Shown here: one piece after another, positions 1 through 16,785 of the stretch
How the letters are laid out: every line of letters begins with the position of its first letter
Numbering within the stretch: the first letter of the stretch is position 1
NCBI RefSeq assembly: GCF_009914755.1
Contig: NC_060932.1
Direction: 5' to 3' (one strand)
Length of the DNA: 64,000 nucleotides
DNA from: the human T2T-CHM13v2.0 reference genome, Homo sapiens
Program-made: the position numbers and the translations under genes
The notes under the pieces: generated by a model
The model's input: only the letters and a program-made list of their open reading frames with translations
What the model was told of the DNA's origin: nothing
The model's database searches: none

Positions 1-966
<966 letters not shown>

Positions 967-989
967 ACCAAAAGAATGACTGTCTTTCT

Positions 990-1135
990 TTGAGAAGCAG
1001 TGTGATGTTGTATAGAGAGCCCAGGCTTTGGGAGTCAGACAGAACCGTCATTGAATCCTGGCTCCAGGCTGGCTGTGTAATCCTGAGCACATTGCTTAGG
1101 CTCTCTGAATCTGTTTCTTCATAGTCACATTCCTC
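990..1135 (+). mobile_element. MIR fragment
   Basis: ggctttgggagtcagacaga...tgaatcctggctcc...ctctctgaatctgtttcttcat MIR core. Confidence 0.75.
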
Positions 1136-2255
1136 ATGGTCAGTGTGAGAACTGGTAAAGTTAGTATCTATAAAATGCTGAGCATAGAGCCTGGAGGAGA
1201 GAGAACCCTTGGTCCTAATCATGCCATACATCAGACAGAGGGGAGCTTTTAAAACGACACCTCTTCATGTCCCGGGAGTGGAGAGTCTCTGAGAAGTAAA
1301 AACCACTCTCTTTCAGATTAATGGGGAGTAATCCACCAAATTAGTGAAAATAGAAATAATCAGTTCATCTTAATTTTATAATTTTCAATTACAGAAACTA
1401 ATTAGGAAGTATTATCCACCTTTTATTGTGTCTCCATTGACAATTTGTTTGTAGACCTTTTTAGCTTTCACTTCTGTGCATTTCCTCTGTCAGGGGCCCT
1501 AACACTAGAACACAGTATTCCTTCTCCAAGGTCTTGAACCAGATGACTTCTGAGCATGGTGAGTGAACCTCTCCGATCTGTATCCTAGCCTTCCAGGGAC
1601 ACTCGGTTGTAAGTCTCACAAAATCAAGAAAGGGCCTGGGGCTCAAGGTAAAAATCTGGAAACACTGGAGGCAAATGAAGCCAGAAAGATGGTGAAGTTT
1701 TCCGAAGAGATCATAAAAAGAAAGAAAGAGAACTTGGACATAAACCTGAAAAATGTCAGGCTTTAAGAGGAAAAAAGAATAATAGGAGTCCATAAAGAAG
1801 ACTGAGATGAAACAGAAAGGTAGGAGGAAGTCGCAATCCCAGAAGTCAAGATAAAAGGAAGCCTCTTTTTTAAAGAAAATTAAAATTGAATGTATATTTC
1901 TGCTGAGATGATTATGGCATTTCTGTAAATATATTATGAGGAGAGGGTAATCTTTAAAGTTTTTAATCAGGGTAATAATTAAGATCCAGCAATAATGACT
2001 GACGTTTGCAAAATATCAAAAACATGTGCATTTTTGTATATAGTATCTGCTACTCAGAGTAAAAAAGCAATAGACATTTTCACATTTCCTCCAGTTAATA
2101 TCTTTGAAAACCTGTGAAGGTTTTCTCAAAATGTCAGCAGCCTATGAGTTTCACAATCAACATAACAGAGAGCATTTATTCCAAGATTCTTGTTTCCTTC
2201 CAGCACTTTGGCAAAATCAGGAACAATGTATTCCCCATAAAATTGATATCTATCA

Positions 2256-2547
<292 letters not shown>

Positions 2548-2713
2548 CTACTGTCTATCAATTGAAGTTTTTTTGCATTTACTGAAGTGAAAATAAACGA
2601 GGAGTTTTTAACAAAATACTCAGTGGTATGAGAAGGAAAAGAGCAAAAAGTCAGTTCTCTTTTCTTCCTGCCCTACTTTCTATCAGTCACTCAGTAACTG
2701 TTTAACGGTGCTA

Positions 2714-3025
<312 letters not shown>

Positions 3026-3176
3026 AATGTCCCTTCGTGTCACTCACTGAGCTGGAGATATAAATGAATAAGGTAAGGTATGACTTTCAAGAAGAAGAAG
3101 ACACGAAGAGAGAAAACCTCCATTTACTGAGGATGTCATGTGTGCCAGGTACCCTCCTAGGCCCTTTACATGCCAT

Positions 3177-3290
3177 AGCAGATCCAGGATTTGGGGAATC
3201 AAAAACGTACACAATTTGGGGATCTTCTTTAAGAGAAAGAATATAAAATTTTAAAAAGAAAATTAGGTGCAGGGTCTTAGACAAGCCCTG
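3177..3290 (+). mobile_element. MER53-like hAT DNA transposon relic
   Basis: gcagatccagg...tacacaatttggggatcttctttaagagaaagaatataaaat...aaattaggtgcagggtctt resembles recalled MER53 consensus. Confidence 0.65.
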
Positions 3291-3840
3291 AATCAGACCA
3301 GTCTTTTGTGTATAAAACTCGGAAAATCTTCCTTTCACACTTTAAAATCCAAACTCTCTCCCTTGGCTTTGAAAATTCTACATGATTTGGCCTCTTGTAG
3401 AAGTCTCTTTGGAGACTCCATATTAAATAAAAGAGTGTATGTTCACCCATTGGAAGTGTCAACCAAATTGATGTTTAACTGACACAGATAGGGAGGCAAT
3501 CACTAGATCAATGGTTCCCCAAATTCCATTTACCAAAGACTCTTTGGAGTACTCCTTCATCAAAGGAAATCCCAGAACCAGCACCCGTCTCCAGTTACGC
3601 TGAATCCAAGCGGCTGTGGGTGTGGCCTCATGAATCTGCATTTTAACTGGGAGCACTGCATGAAAACCTGATGCAGAGAGATAAAGTTTATGATTACAAC
3701 TCTAAGTCCAGATACAAGATTCAGTGATTTCAAAATCACTAACGGTAGAACTTGGTTTATATTAATTATAAATGGTAAGATGAAACAGTAGACATGGGCC
3801 CTAAGACCCTTACCAACTTCAGTCCCAGATTCAGAGGTAA

Positions 3841-4590
<750 letters not shown>

Positions 4591-4599
4591 AGAAGTCAG

Positions 4600-5296
4600 G
4601 TTTTTGTTTTTCTTATTTCTGCTTTTATTTTAGATTCAGAGAGCATATGTGCAGGATTTTTACCTGAGTATATTACATTAATGCTGAGATTTGGGCTTCT
4701 ACTGATCCCATCACCCAGATAGTAAACATAGTACCCAACAGGAAGATTTTCAGCCCTTGCTTCCTTCCCTTCTTTTAGAGTCCCCTGTGTTCATTGTTCT
4801 CATCTTTATGTGTATGTGTACTTAAGATTTAGCTCCTAATTACAAGTGAGAACATGCTGTATTTGGTTTTCTGTTTCTGTGTTAATTCATTTAGGATAAT
4901 GGCCTGCAGCTGCATCTGTGTTGCTGCAAGGAACATCATTTCATTCTTTTTTATGGCTGCATAGTATTCCATGGTGTATATGTACCACATTTTCTTTATC
5001 CAGTCCACCATTGATGGGCACCTGGGTTGATTCCATGTCTTTGCTATTGTGAATAGCACTGTCATGAACATACAAGTGCATGTGTCATTTTGGTAGGGCT
5101 ATTTATTTTCCTTTGGGTACCCAGTAATGGGATTTCTGGGTCGAGTGGTAGTTCTATTTTCAGTTCTTTTGCGAAATCTCCAAACTGCTTTTCACAGTGG
5201 CTGAACTAATTTACATTCCCACCAACACTGTATAAGTGTTCCTTTTTCTTAGCACCCTCGCCAACATTTGTTAGTTTTTGACTTTTTAATAATAGA
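4600..5296 (-). mobile_element. L1PA/L1PB-type 3' fragment
   Basis: cccatcacccagatagtaaacatagtaccca, ggctgcatagtattccatggtgtata; ORF 4829-5071 is the ORF2 C-terminus (KTWNQPRCPS...KKMWYIYTMEYY). Confidence 0.92.
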
Positions 5297-6240
5297 CTTG
5301 GAAGCTTTTAAGTTTCCACTGGACACTGGAAAAGGGTAAGGCAGAGAAACATCTCACTAGAAAGAAGTGGTGAAAAAGAAGTGAAGACAGTATTTTTATT
5401 TAGGAGGGGGAGTCTTGTTTCATGCCAACAATTAGACTTTACTCACGTATTCTGTCTGCGCTTCCCACATACACTCAAATGCATCTCAACAAACCCTTCT
5501 CTTCAGTAAGTAGAATATTTTTCTCTTATTGAGAATGGCAAGTTCCACTTAAACCAAAACAGACGGCATAAAGAACACCGACACCAAGACAGATGGTTAT
5601 AAAAAACAATGAAAATATTGGAACAAATATTATCAATTTTTTTAGGTACAGATAAGAGCTTGATGAATCCCACATATATTTATCAGCACCAACAACCACT
5701 GTCCAAAGGAAAAGTCTTTTCAGCTCTCCCAACACTCACTCCTGTTACACAGAAGCAAATATAAATATGAGAAAAAACAACTACAATCATCAAACATTTT
5801 GGAAAAATCAGTATCATGAAAGAATGGCACCAAACTCAGAAGAGCTGACAACTGTGGAAATAAAGATCATACAGGAAACAGAACCATTAACAAACTCAGC
5901 CTTTCAAGAAACTATTATAACCACAGGACAACAATGTCAGCCCCAACAAGGAAAACAATTCAAACCAATACAGAAAATGTTTAAAAGTAGGGAAATGTTT
6001 GAGCTTTAAATTTATGAATTAGGTGGTTTTCTACTTCACCTATGTGTGGGTAAAGATGTCTTATCTCTTGTGTTCTATAACAGTTTTAGAGACCTAGTGA
6101 ATCAGAACAAATGTCAGGAGTTGTACACTAAAATATTAATAAGTATAAGCTCAGTTAAACGTGAGTCTTACCTTTTCCACTCACACTGGGCACCTGAATC
6201 TTGACAATTTATCTGTGGAAACATCACAATATCTGCTGGT

Positions 6241-6560
<320 letters not shown>

Positions 6561-6879
6561 CTACAGAACTGGGATTTTAATTTGGGGGTCTTAAAAGACA
6601 ACATCAGAAGTTAGGGCAATAGACTTATAGTTGGTAAAGACACGTTTTGAACAAAGTAATTAGAACAAAATTATACAGTTTCCACTTGATCCTGTATGTC
6701 TCACGTGGAATCAGGGATTTCAGGCACCAGTATTTATAATAGCTTACTACCCCAGATCTAGGCAGTATTAGACCATAAGAAGATTTGCACTGTTTCAATT
6801 CACAATGGAGAAAGGATTGTAATTTCCTTGCAAATGTCTCTTTCTTCCCCCTGTACCATACCCCTGTATCTCTTAAGAC

Positions 6880-6880
<1 letters not shown>

Positions 6881-6921
<41 letters not shown>
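6881..6921. repeat. (CA)~20 microsatellite
   Basis: Direct reading. Confidence 0.98.
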
Positions 6922-6922
<1 letters not shown>

Positions 6923-7837
6923 TCTCTCCCTCTCTCACTCCCTACTTTTTTCCTTCCCACTGAGAGATTCAAACCTTCAAAAAGTCCCAAATTCCTTCCC
7001 ATTTAATAAAAATGTCCTCCAAATTTAAAATTACTGAGATATAATCTTGAAATATTTTTTGCTCCAGTGCAACAAATAAATAAGTGTAACATTTTGGGAA
7101 AGAATTAAAAAAACAAAAATAAGCTGGGAGGATTGACAAGTCTAGCACATTATGATTGAAAGAATTAGGAGGTTTTTGTCAAATGCATAAGGCACAATTT
7201 CTTTGGCTCAGATTGTTCTGTCTATATTTCTTCATTTTTCTTATGTAAATACATATAAATTAGTTTTCAGAATTGCTCTGGTGAGGATGGTGTTCAAGTA
7301 TTAGTTGTAAAGTTTCAGGAAAAGCAGGAAAAAAAAACCTAGTGGAAACCTAGACCTCCTTGGAATCCAACCCAGCATACACACGCACTTTTTGTGAGCT
7401 GAGGGAGAGCAGCTCACCAGCACTCCATTTCATATCCATCCTAATTATTGCACAAAATCTCCTAAGGAGATCTAATTGTTAAAAATATAGCATTAGAATG
7501 CTTCTTGCTATTTGAACTTTGGTTCTGCTCCAACTAGAACAGAATGAAATGTACTGAAGAACAGGAGGGAACATTGCAACACAGAATGGATCACTGCAAA
7601 TCCAACCTTTATTAGAATGCTAAAGCTAAAGCACAGATGATTAAATTTTCTGTACCTTTGCCACCTAAGTCAGGCTTCTAGAGCTTTCCCACAGCTATAA
7701 GCTATCTTTCTGGTCTGAGGTCTTCTTGTAAGCATACACCCTCAGCAGTCTCTTAGCTACTTTATTATTCATCAGTGGTCTGTTGACATTGAGCCCAGGG
7801 CAGACATGAATTTTGCAAAGCAGACACTAAAGGAAAC

Positions 7838-8201
7838 TGATATGGTTTGGCTGTGTCCCTACCCAAATCTCATCTTGAATTGTAGCTCCCATAATCTCCA
7901 CCTGTCATAGGTGGGACCTGGTGGGAGGTAATTGAATCATGAGGGTGGATTTTTCTTGTGCTTTTCTCAAGATAGTCAATAAGTCTCATGAGATCTGATG
8001 GTTTTATAAAGGGGAGTTCTCCTGCACACGCGCACTTGCCTGCTGCCATGTCAGACATGCCTTTGCTCCTCTTTCATCTTCCACCATGACTGTGAGGCAT
8101 CCCCAACCATGTGGAACTGTGAGTCCGTTAAACTTCTTTTTCTTTATAAATTACCCAGTCTCAGGTATTTCTTCATGGCAGTATGAAAATGGACTAATAC
8201 A
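7838..8201 (+). mobile_element. THE1 (MaLR) solo LTR
   Basis: tgatatggtttggctgtgtccc...ggactaataca termini. Confidence 0.93.
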
Positions 8202-9002
8202 GAGTCTTCCAGATCACTGCCTTCCACCTCCATATTCTCACAGCTGTGAGAGTATTCCTGTAGAGTTACTCTCTGCTGACTGGTTGGATTGTGCTAGTGA
8301 TAAGATAGCTAAGAAAATATTTTTGGAAAACAGAACAACAGTGATGAGAACAGGAAAAGAACACAGAGGAAGAGCAGACATGAAGGAGAAGCACTGAGGC
8401 TGGTCCTCTTTCGGAAGTGGCTGTATGGCTAGGGAAAGCTTCTGGAGTCACTCTCCATCCTAAGTGGAACGGACCTTCTCAATCTGCAGCTCACTGCTTT
8501 CTTTAGCCCCTTCTAGCAAAGCACCTGTAATCCTTTGCTTGCATGTATTGTTCACATGTGAACAAAAATTTTCATAAATAAGGCATTAGAAAATGAATTA
8601 ACAAGAAGAAAAATGTACTTAATATTCTTGCCCTGAGGGTTTTTCCATAATAATCATGGGAAACTGGAAAAGGTCCACACTCAGAAAATACATATTCTTG
8701 GTATTGTGAATTCTCATCACTGGATGTCGAAGGAAGATTCTCAGCTCTAAGATTTTAAATAGAATGTCAACTATTTCACCGATTTTCTCTGACTCTAATG
8801 AGGCACATTAACCTTTAGTGTGTTTCTATTTGTAGTTAGAACTTTCATTGGAGAGAGAAGTCTTTTGTATGTAATTACAGAGTAAATTCCCATTTATACA
8901 TAGAAGCCATGTAGAAAGACTAATTTGAATTTTGGGGTGCTACTGAATAAGGGCATGCTACTACCTAAGACCCCAATGTTTATGAACTTTTTAGAGCCTT
9001 AA

Positions 9003-9383
<381 letters not shown>

Positions 9384-10084
9384 TGAAATCTCATATATAT
9401 ATATATATGTATAGATATGTAATTGTATGATAATCTGATTAATGAGAATGGGAAAATGCAAGCACATTCCTTTGTTTGGAATAATGATTCTCCATGTATT
9501 TTTTTATTTTAAAAAATGGGCACGTAATTAATCATTAAAGACAAATTCAACAATAGTTCAGTCATTATAAGCCATCTATTGTGTTTGTGGTCTGTCCAAT
9601 TAGAGCAAGTTTCAAATGCTCTCACTGAAATATTTCAGTTGTGTGTGTTCTTCCCTTGGGACCAATGCCTTTGTGTGTGTATGTGTGTGTGTGACAGTGT
9701 GAGTGTGTTGTGTGGTGATAAAAAGTGGGTCAAGGGGAGAGATCAGTGGTCTCAACTGGGCATCGAGGCAGAGGGAGGAGCAGGGATTTGCTCCAAAGCT
9801 TTTAAGTGAATTGATTCCTTATCTTACACTCCTTTGTTTAGAATTTTTTAATATTACTGAACCTTTGAAACACAGTAGAGCATAAACATTTATTTAATAT
9901 ATACTTAACAATATATACATTATATTTATTTAATATACAATTTCTGAGTACTCCTCTAAAGTTAAAACTCCTTGTCAATTGAGTTTAAAATTCAGTACTC
10001 CCATGTAGGTATTTTGGTGTTTTGTGGGGAGGAAAGCTATTTATTTACAAGCTATTTATTTACAGATGTTCTATAACAATGTAG

Positions 10085-10385
<301 letters not shown>

Positions 10386-10565
10386 TCAAAGTGGGAATTT
10401 AAATATGTATTTGTGGAAGATTGAAGGTTATATGAGAAATGTTAAAACTTTTGTTTCCATTTCATGATGGTTTTTTGTTTGGGGAGGCAAAAGATTATTT
10501 AACAGGACATGGAATGTACTATCTATACAAGAAACTATTGATAAATCTAAACTTCATGAAGGTTA

Positions 10566-11167
<602 letters not shown>

Positions 11168-11989
11168 TTAAACAGGCCTTAGGCACTTCACTAGAAGATA
11201 TCCAAATGACCAACAAGCATATGAAAAGAATCTCAACAAAATTAATCATCAGGGAAATGCAAATTTAACCACAATATATTATACACTCTCCAGAATGGCT
11301 AAAATGTTCGAAAAGCTGACAATACCCAGTCTCTCATACCTTGCTGGCATGAATTTAAATGGTTACAGTTCAGAAAGCTATTTAGCAAAATATCTATTAA
11401 GGTTCCGTATAGGCCTATCCTATGCCCCAGCAGTTCCACTCCTATTTATTCTAGAGAAATGAGTGCGTATGTCTACCCAATTAATATGTAAGACTTATTC
11501 ATAATAGTCTAACACTGGAAATCTGTCCATCCCTAGAAATAAATAAGTTTTGGTATATTCATAAATAGCATCTAATAACACATCTATGAAAAAGAACAAA
11601 CCATATGCAACATGGTTCCATCTCAGAGACATGGTATTGAGGGAAGACAGCCAGGCCCAAAAGAGTATAACTTATATCATTCCACTTACATAGAGTTCAA
11701 AAATAGGCAAAATGAACTGACAGCAATAGAAATCAAAACAGCAGTAACCTCTGCAGGGTTGAGTATGAACTGGGAGAGGGTATGGCGGGTGACTTCTAAG
11801 GTTCTACAAATGTATTATATTTTGATCTGAATGTTAGTTATGTCAATATATACATTTGTAAAAACTAATCGAGTAGTGCATTTAAGATTTGTGCAGGTGT
11901 GTACATTAAAACTAAATAAAATTGCTTTTTAAAGCAAAGATAGAAAATAAAAGCATCAATTAAATTTGAGAAATTGTTCTATAACAAAT

Positions 11990-12121
11990 ACTCTGTCAAA
12001 AAAAGAAAGAAAGAAGAAGAAAGAAAGAAAGGAGAGAGAAGGAAGGAAGGAAGGAAAGAAGGAAGGAAGGAAGGACAAAAGAGGACAATCTAACTTTCAA
12101 AAATGGGCAAAAGATTTAAAC
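11990..12121 (+). repeat. Local duplicate of the Alu-end/GGAA/L1 junction at 10991-11173
   Basis: ctgtcaaaaaaa + GAAA/GGAA + acaatNNaactttcaaaaaYgggcaaaagaYttaaac (33/37 identical). Confidence 0.8.
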
Positions 12122-12881
12122 TTAAAGTTAAGTTTGAGAAACTGTAACAAATATGAGACCTATACACTCATGCATAAGAGAAGAAAAGCACTAATATTGA
12201 AGATAAAATTATTTCAAAAGAAGAACTAGAAATGCATAACATTAAATATACATCATCTTAAATAGAAAATTAGTTGGTATTATAAATATTCACTATCTGG
12301 TAGAATATATTTAACATATTTAAATAACATTCCTTTCTTAGAAGGATAAATTCTCTTACAATTATCAATGCAGTCAGTTGTATTTGCATAACTTGACTTT
12401 AGCGCAGAGCCCAATTCCATCACGCTATTTTTACATAAATCTGCATCTCTTCCTGCATCATTTTCACTTAATTAATTAACATCTAATTTATAAGCATCTC
12501 AACATTTGAAGCATTCTTATAAATAGGGCAAACTAAAATAGATACAAATGTATTTAAACATCTTGCCCATACTTCTCTGAATAAATGGCCCTTTTCTGTT
12601 CTATTTAATAATTTCAAAATCTCTTCCCCTGTGAAGCCTTCTTGAGCTGCTTAATTACAAGTAATCCTTCCATTCTTCATGTTCTTATAACATTTTGTTC
12701 TAACATCTACGCTATCACCTGTGTCTCTATAAATAATAATTTCTAAGCTGTGAGTTATTTGGGGACAGAAAACAAATTTTATTGATCTTTGAACACTTTT
12801 TGCCTTGTACAGGGTAGGCATTCAGCAGATATTTGTTGAATGACTGAATGCATTAATAGACAATTCTCTTTAGAAACTCTA

Positions 12882-13090
12882 CCCGGGAGGCAGAGGCTGC
12901 AGTGAGCCGAGATCATGCCACCACACTCCAGTCTGGGCGACAGAGCAAGACCAAGAAAGAAAAAAAGAAAGGAAAGAAAGAAAGCAAAGAAAGAAAGAGA
13001 GAGAGAGAAGAAAGAAAGACAGAGAGAGGAACGAAGGAAGGAAGGAAGGAAGGAAGGAAGGAAGGAAGGAAGGAAGGAAGGAAGGAAAAG
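12882..13090 (+). mobile_element. Strongly 5'-truncated Alu with GAAA/(GGAA)13 tail
   Basis: Right-arm 3' end only; TSD agaaactctac both sides; perfect GGAA 13036-13087. Confidence 0.92.
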
Positions 13091-13169
13091 AGAAACTCTA
13101 CATCAGAATCTTGGGATGTATTTACCAATTTTGGAATTAATGATTGCACAACCTAGTCATTAGTTCACT

Positions 13170-13430
13170 AAACTCCATACCCTTGCTCACACTGTCCCTT
13201 CTGCCTGGAATGTCTTTATTCTACACATCCCTCCCCACCGACCTTCTTGTGAATAACGTCTCTTCATTCCTTATAATTGAGCACAGGAGTTGAAGCCTTT
13301 GATCCCACACCTCATGCTGGATTAGGTATTCCCGGTATGTGCTTCCATAAAACCATGCATCCAACTTTAACCCTGCTCTTACCACACTGAATAGTTTTCT
13401 GCTTTAAGCCTCTGTCTCCCCTGTGTGCTG
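13170..13430 (-). mobile_element. L2 fragment
   Basis: ccttgctcacactgtcccttctgcctggaatgtcttt L2 3' motif. Confidence 0.65.
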
Positions 13431-15767
13431 CACCAGACCTCAAAACTTCAGTCCAGGTTTCAGGGCCAGCAAAAGACATAGGATGTTCAGAATAAAGGTA
13501 CAATTGAGTAAGCAGATGCAGCTCCGTGGTACCTTATTTATTACATGCAAGGTGCACCTGGAATGACACAGACCCTGCACCTCCCAGAGTTGAGAAGCCC
13601 TGCAAGCCATAGAGCTCAGAACCACAGGCTTAGTCTAGGTGAGTACTCAAGAGGTTGGGTGCCTCATACCAGGCAAGGCACATGCACCACCACTGTCCCC
13701 TCCGTCCTCAGTTTTGGGACCAGAGAGCAAGCCTCTCAGCTAACCTATCATTGGCCAACCACCTCCAGGGGACAACTGCAGGTCCAGTCCTCCTTAGCAC
13801 AGGCTCATTTTGCAAAGGAGCTTCCCACACCTGCTTCCAGGGAAGAGGGACACACTCTCCTTAGCATCGGATCCTTCTGTTGCTTAGTTGGATGCAGCCT
13901 AGATTACATCACCAGGGCCACCTTTGTGCCTGTTGCACTAGCAATAGGCTCAGGCCTCTTTCCAAAGCCAGGGCTCAGTTTGTGACTAACATGCTAAGCA
14001 CCCCTGCTGTCATGGAAGGCTTTGCATGAGTCTGGGAGCATGTCCTAGGCTCTAGTGCTAGTGGGCAATTCTCACCAGCACTGCATTAGCTGCTGGGTGC
14101 CTGCCTAGAAGTACTGCTAGTTCTTGGAGAGGGACGGTCATAACTGTGGGGGTCCCTACCTCGAACATACCCATGGAATGAGGTGGTGGTGAGAGGACCC
14201 CTGGGATTTCAGAGAATGGTTGTGACAATGTTCAGGCAGGGGCTGGGTCACTGTTACCACTAGCACCTGGGCTCAGGCTTCTGTCCCCCATGGGACATGA
14301 GCCATATTCTCCCCTTTCCAAACTTGCTCCAAATGTATCTGTGTTTTGGTTCTGTTGGGCGCTGGCCTAGTTAGTGCCAGTCTCAGAAAGGAACCTGGTT
14401 GTGGCAATAGGTGCACCTCAGATCTCTCCCAAAATATCCATGTGCATTGGGGCACAGAGCCCAGTTGTCACTGATGACCGTGGCACAGCAGGCCTTCACA
14501 GTGGCTGAGAGAGCTCACATGCTGTCCACTCTTCCCACTCTCCACCAGGGCACAAGTCATTGTGCCAACCTTCTGACTCCAAATCAACTGCAGCAGGCAA
14601 TAAACAGCTGGTTCAGCATCATAGACAGGAAAGAATGACAACTAGGATTTAGATTGCTTTTATTGTTGTTTACCTTCAAACCAGTAACGAGGCTGTGCAA
14701 CAGATATGGTTGTACATAACCATCAATTAAGTGGCTTCACCCCCACTGGCTTGCCAGGTGCTCACAGGAGTGCCCCAATTAGGAGTCTTGGGTGAGCACA
14801 AGACGTCACTAGGCATGAACTTCATGGGCGGTTCATGAACTTGCCTTTGAAACGTTAACCGGGCACTCCAGGCTCTACCTACAACCAGAGAAGGCAATTT
14901 TGAGTTGTGCTCATCAGACCTACAGAAAGGTTGGCCCTGGCCAGACACGCCTCTCTATCCTTTGAGTTTCTTGGAGGAAGGAGAACCATGTCTTGTGTAT
15001 CTACATCTGCAGTGCCTGACACTGAAGCAAGCCTATAGGAGGCCCCAGGAAATATCTCTTGATCAATTGGATAGACTGACTGACTTTCAGCTCCACACGC
15101 TAGGGTGAGTGAACATTTCTCAGAGACGAAATGTTTGGTCGGATAGTCTGGAGGGGTTTCTTCTTTATTCTAACACTGCCAGTTCTCAGCAATGTAGGGA
15201 TGGAAGTCTGAGCTTTCTCACAGCTCCAGCAGGGCTGCAGAGAATTGGGAAAGGAACATCTGTGTCCTGAACTGGGGCTACTGCCAGGGCAACAGAGCCA
15301 AATAGCAGAAGAGGGACAGCGACAGATGGGCGAGGGGGCTGCAGAAGCCTCATGTAGACTACATGAGAGATAATGAATGCACCAAACTTTGTCCTTCTTT
15401 TCACATAACACTGAAATATCAACCAACTAAGTGAGGCCATAAGTCTACGGTATTGGTATAAGATTCACAGAAAATAATAAAAATAAGGATAATGTGACTT
15501 TTTTCACCAAGTTAATTATATCCTTTTAAACAAATTACTTAATGTAGGGATATGTATTTTTTAATTTTATCTATTTGGGGGGTATTTTTTATGACATTAT
15601 GGTGATAGTGGATTTTTCTTCCTTTTTAATGTCTTTAGTTAACAGAAGTTTGCAACTTTTAACCAATTTCTCAATTGTTTGTCTGTTTTAATTTTACTCA
15701 TCTGCGATTTCTGAAAGTTTGGGAACCACTGACACAACCTTTTTTGTAGATGTTGTTTTAAAATCCC

Positions 15768-16211
15768 TGTCTTTGTCTTTTGTGTTGCTCTAACAGAATG
15801 GCTGAGACTTGATAATTTATGAAGAAATGAGATTTATTTAGCTCATGGTTCTGCAGGCTGGGAAGTTCAACAAGCATGGCATTGGCATCTGCTCGGCTTC
15901 TGCTGAGAGCTATTGTTGCTGGGTCAATACATGGCGGGAGGCCAAAGGGGAAGCAAATACATGTGAAGAGGTAACATCTGAGGGGTGCCCTGGCTTTATA
16001 ACAACCTACTCTTGTAGGAGCATTCCCACAAGAGCTCATCCAGTCTCTTGAAAGTGTGAACTCACTCCCTATTGTGAGAAGGGCATCAAGCCATTCATGA
16101 GAAATACTCCCAAGACCCAAACACCTCCCACTGGACCCCACCACCCACCACCACCACAATGGGAGTCCAATTCAACATTAGTTTTGGTAGGGACAAACTG
16201 AAACCACAGCA
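15768..16211 (-). mobile_element. MST/MLT1A-type MaLR solo LTR
   Basis: tgtc...ctgagact...gctcatggttctgcaggctgggaagttc...aaaccacagca; 5-bp TSD ATCCC. Confidence 0.88.
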
Positions 16212-16319
16212 ATCCCTAACAATATTTGAAGTTCTTTTGTGAACTTCCGACAAGGTTTTCATCACCAGCTTCAAGGCCTAGTAAGTGCTGAGTATATTTT
16301 AACCATATTTCAAGCCCAT

Positions 16320-16545
16320 AAGTTACCTCTGAGCTCATACATGTATGTCTAACTATCTTTCTGACATCCTCAGAGGCACCTCACAATTATAATGTTCCAA
16401 ACTGAACTCATGACCCCCAGTGCCCCACCGCTTTCTCCCCCAGATTCCATGTATTTGTAAATGAAAATATTGTCACTTGGTTGCACAAGCTGGAAACCTT
16501 GGAGTCTTCATTGCTCTGCACATCCAACTCATTGCCAAAATAGAT
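16320..16545 (-). mobile_element. L2 fragment
   Basis: ggcacctcaca...aatgttccaaactgaactcat...gaaaccttggagtc. Confidence 0.7.
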
Positions 16546-16661
16546 AATTTATATTTTATATAAAATTCTAATTCATATTCTTTATAATTTTAAAATCTAA
16601 TACTCAATTTTTAGAAAAACACAACAATAATGGCCATATACCAGGGAAAAAAGGGGACATA

Positions 16662-16785
16662 TGGGGACCTCCTCTTTTGGCTTTGGAGTCCCCCTCACTC
16701 TGTCTCTGTATGGGGGAGATTTTCCTTCTGTCTTCTCCCTTCCTTCTTGCCTATTATACTCTCCGTTCCTTAAAACAAAACAGAA
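16662..16785 (+). mobile_element. Retrotransposed ERV-LTR-like R-region fragment with A-tail
   Basis: LTR-like cttggctttggag.cccc...cttgcctattatactctccgttccttaaaac, A-rich tail, flanked by aaaaaa(g)nacata repeats. Confidence 0.65.

Noticed and set aside
5480-6000. A-rich, coding-looking stretch
   Set aside because: Interrupted by stops and no protein recognised; possibly an ancient L1/HAL1 relic, but not supportable.
10034-10063. 15-bp tandem duplication (and a 19-bp one at 55713-55750)
   Set aside because: Ordinary replication-slippage duplications.
13545-13985. 146-aa ORF in unique sequence
   Set aside because: No recognisable domain or convincing exon structure; compatible with chance.
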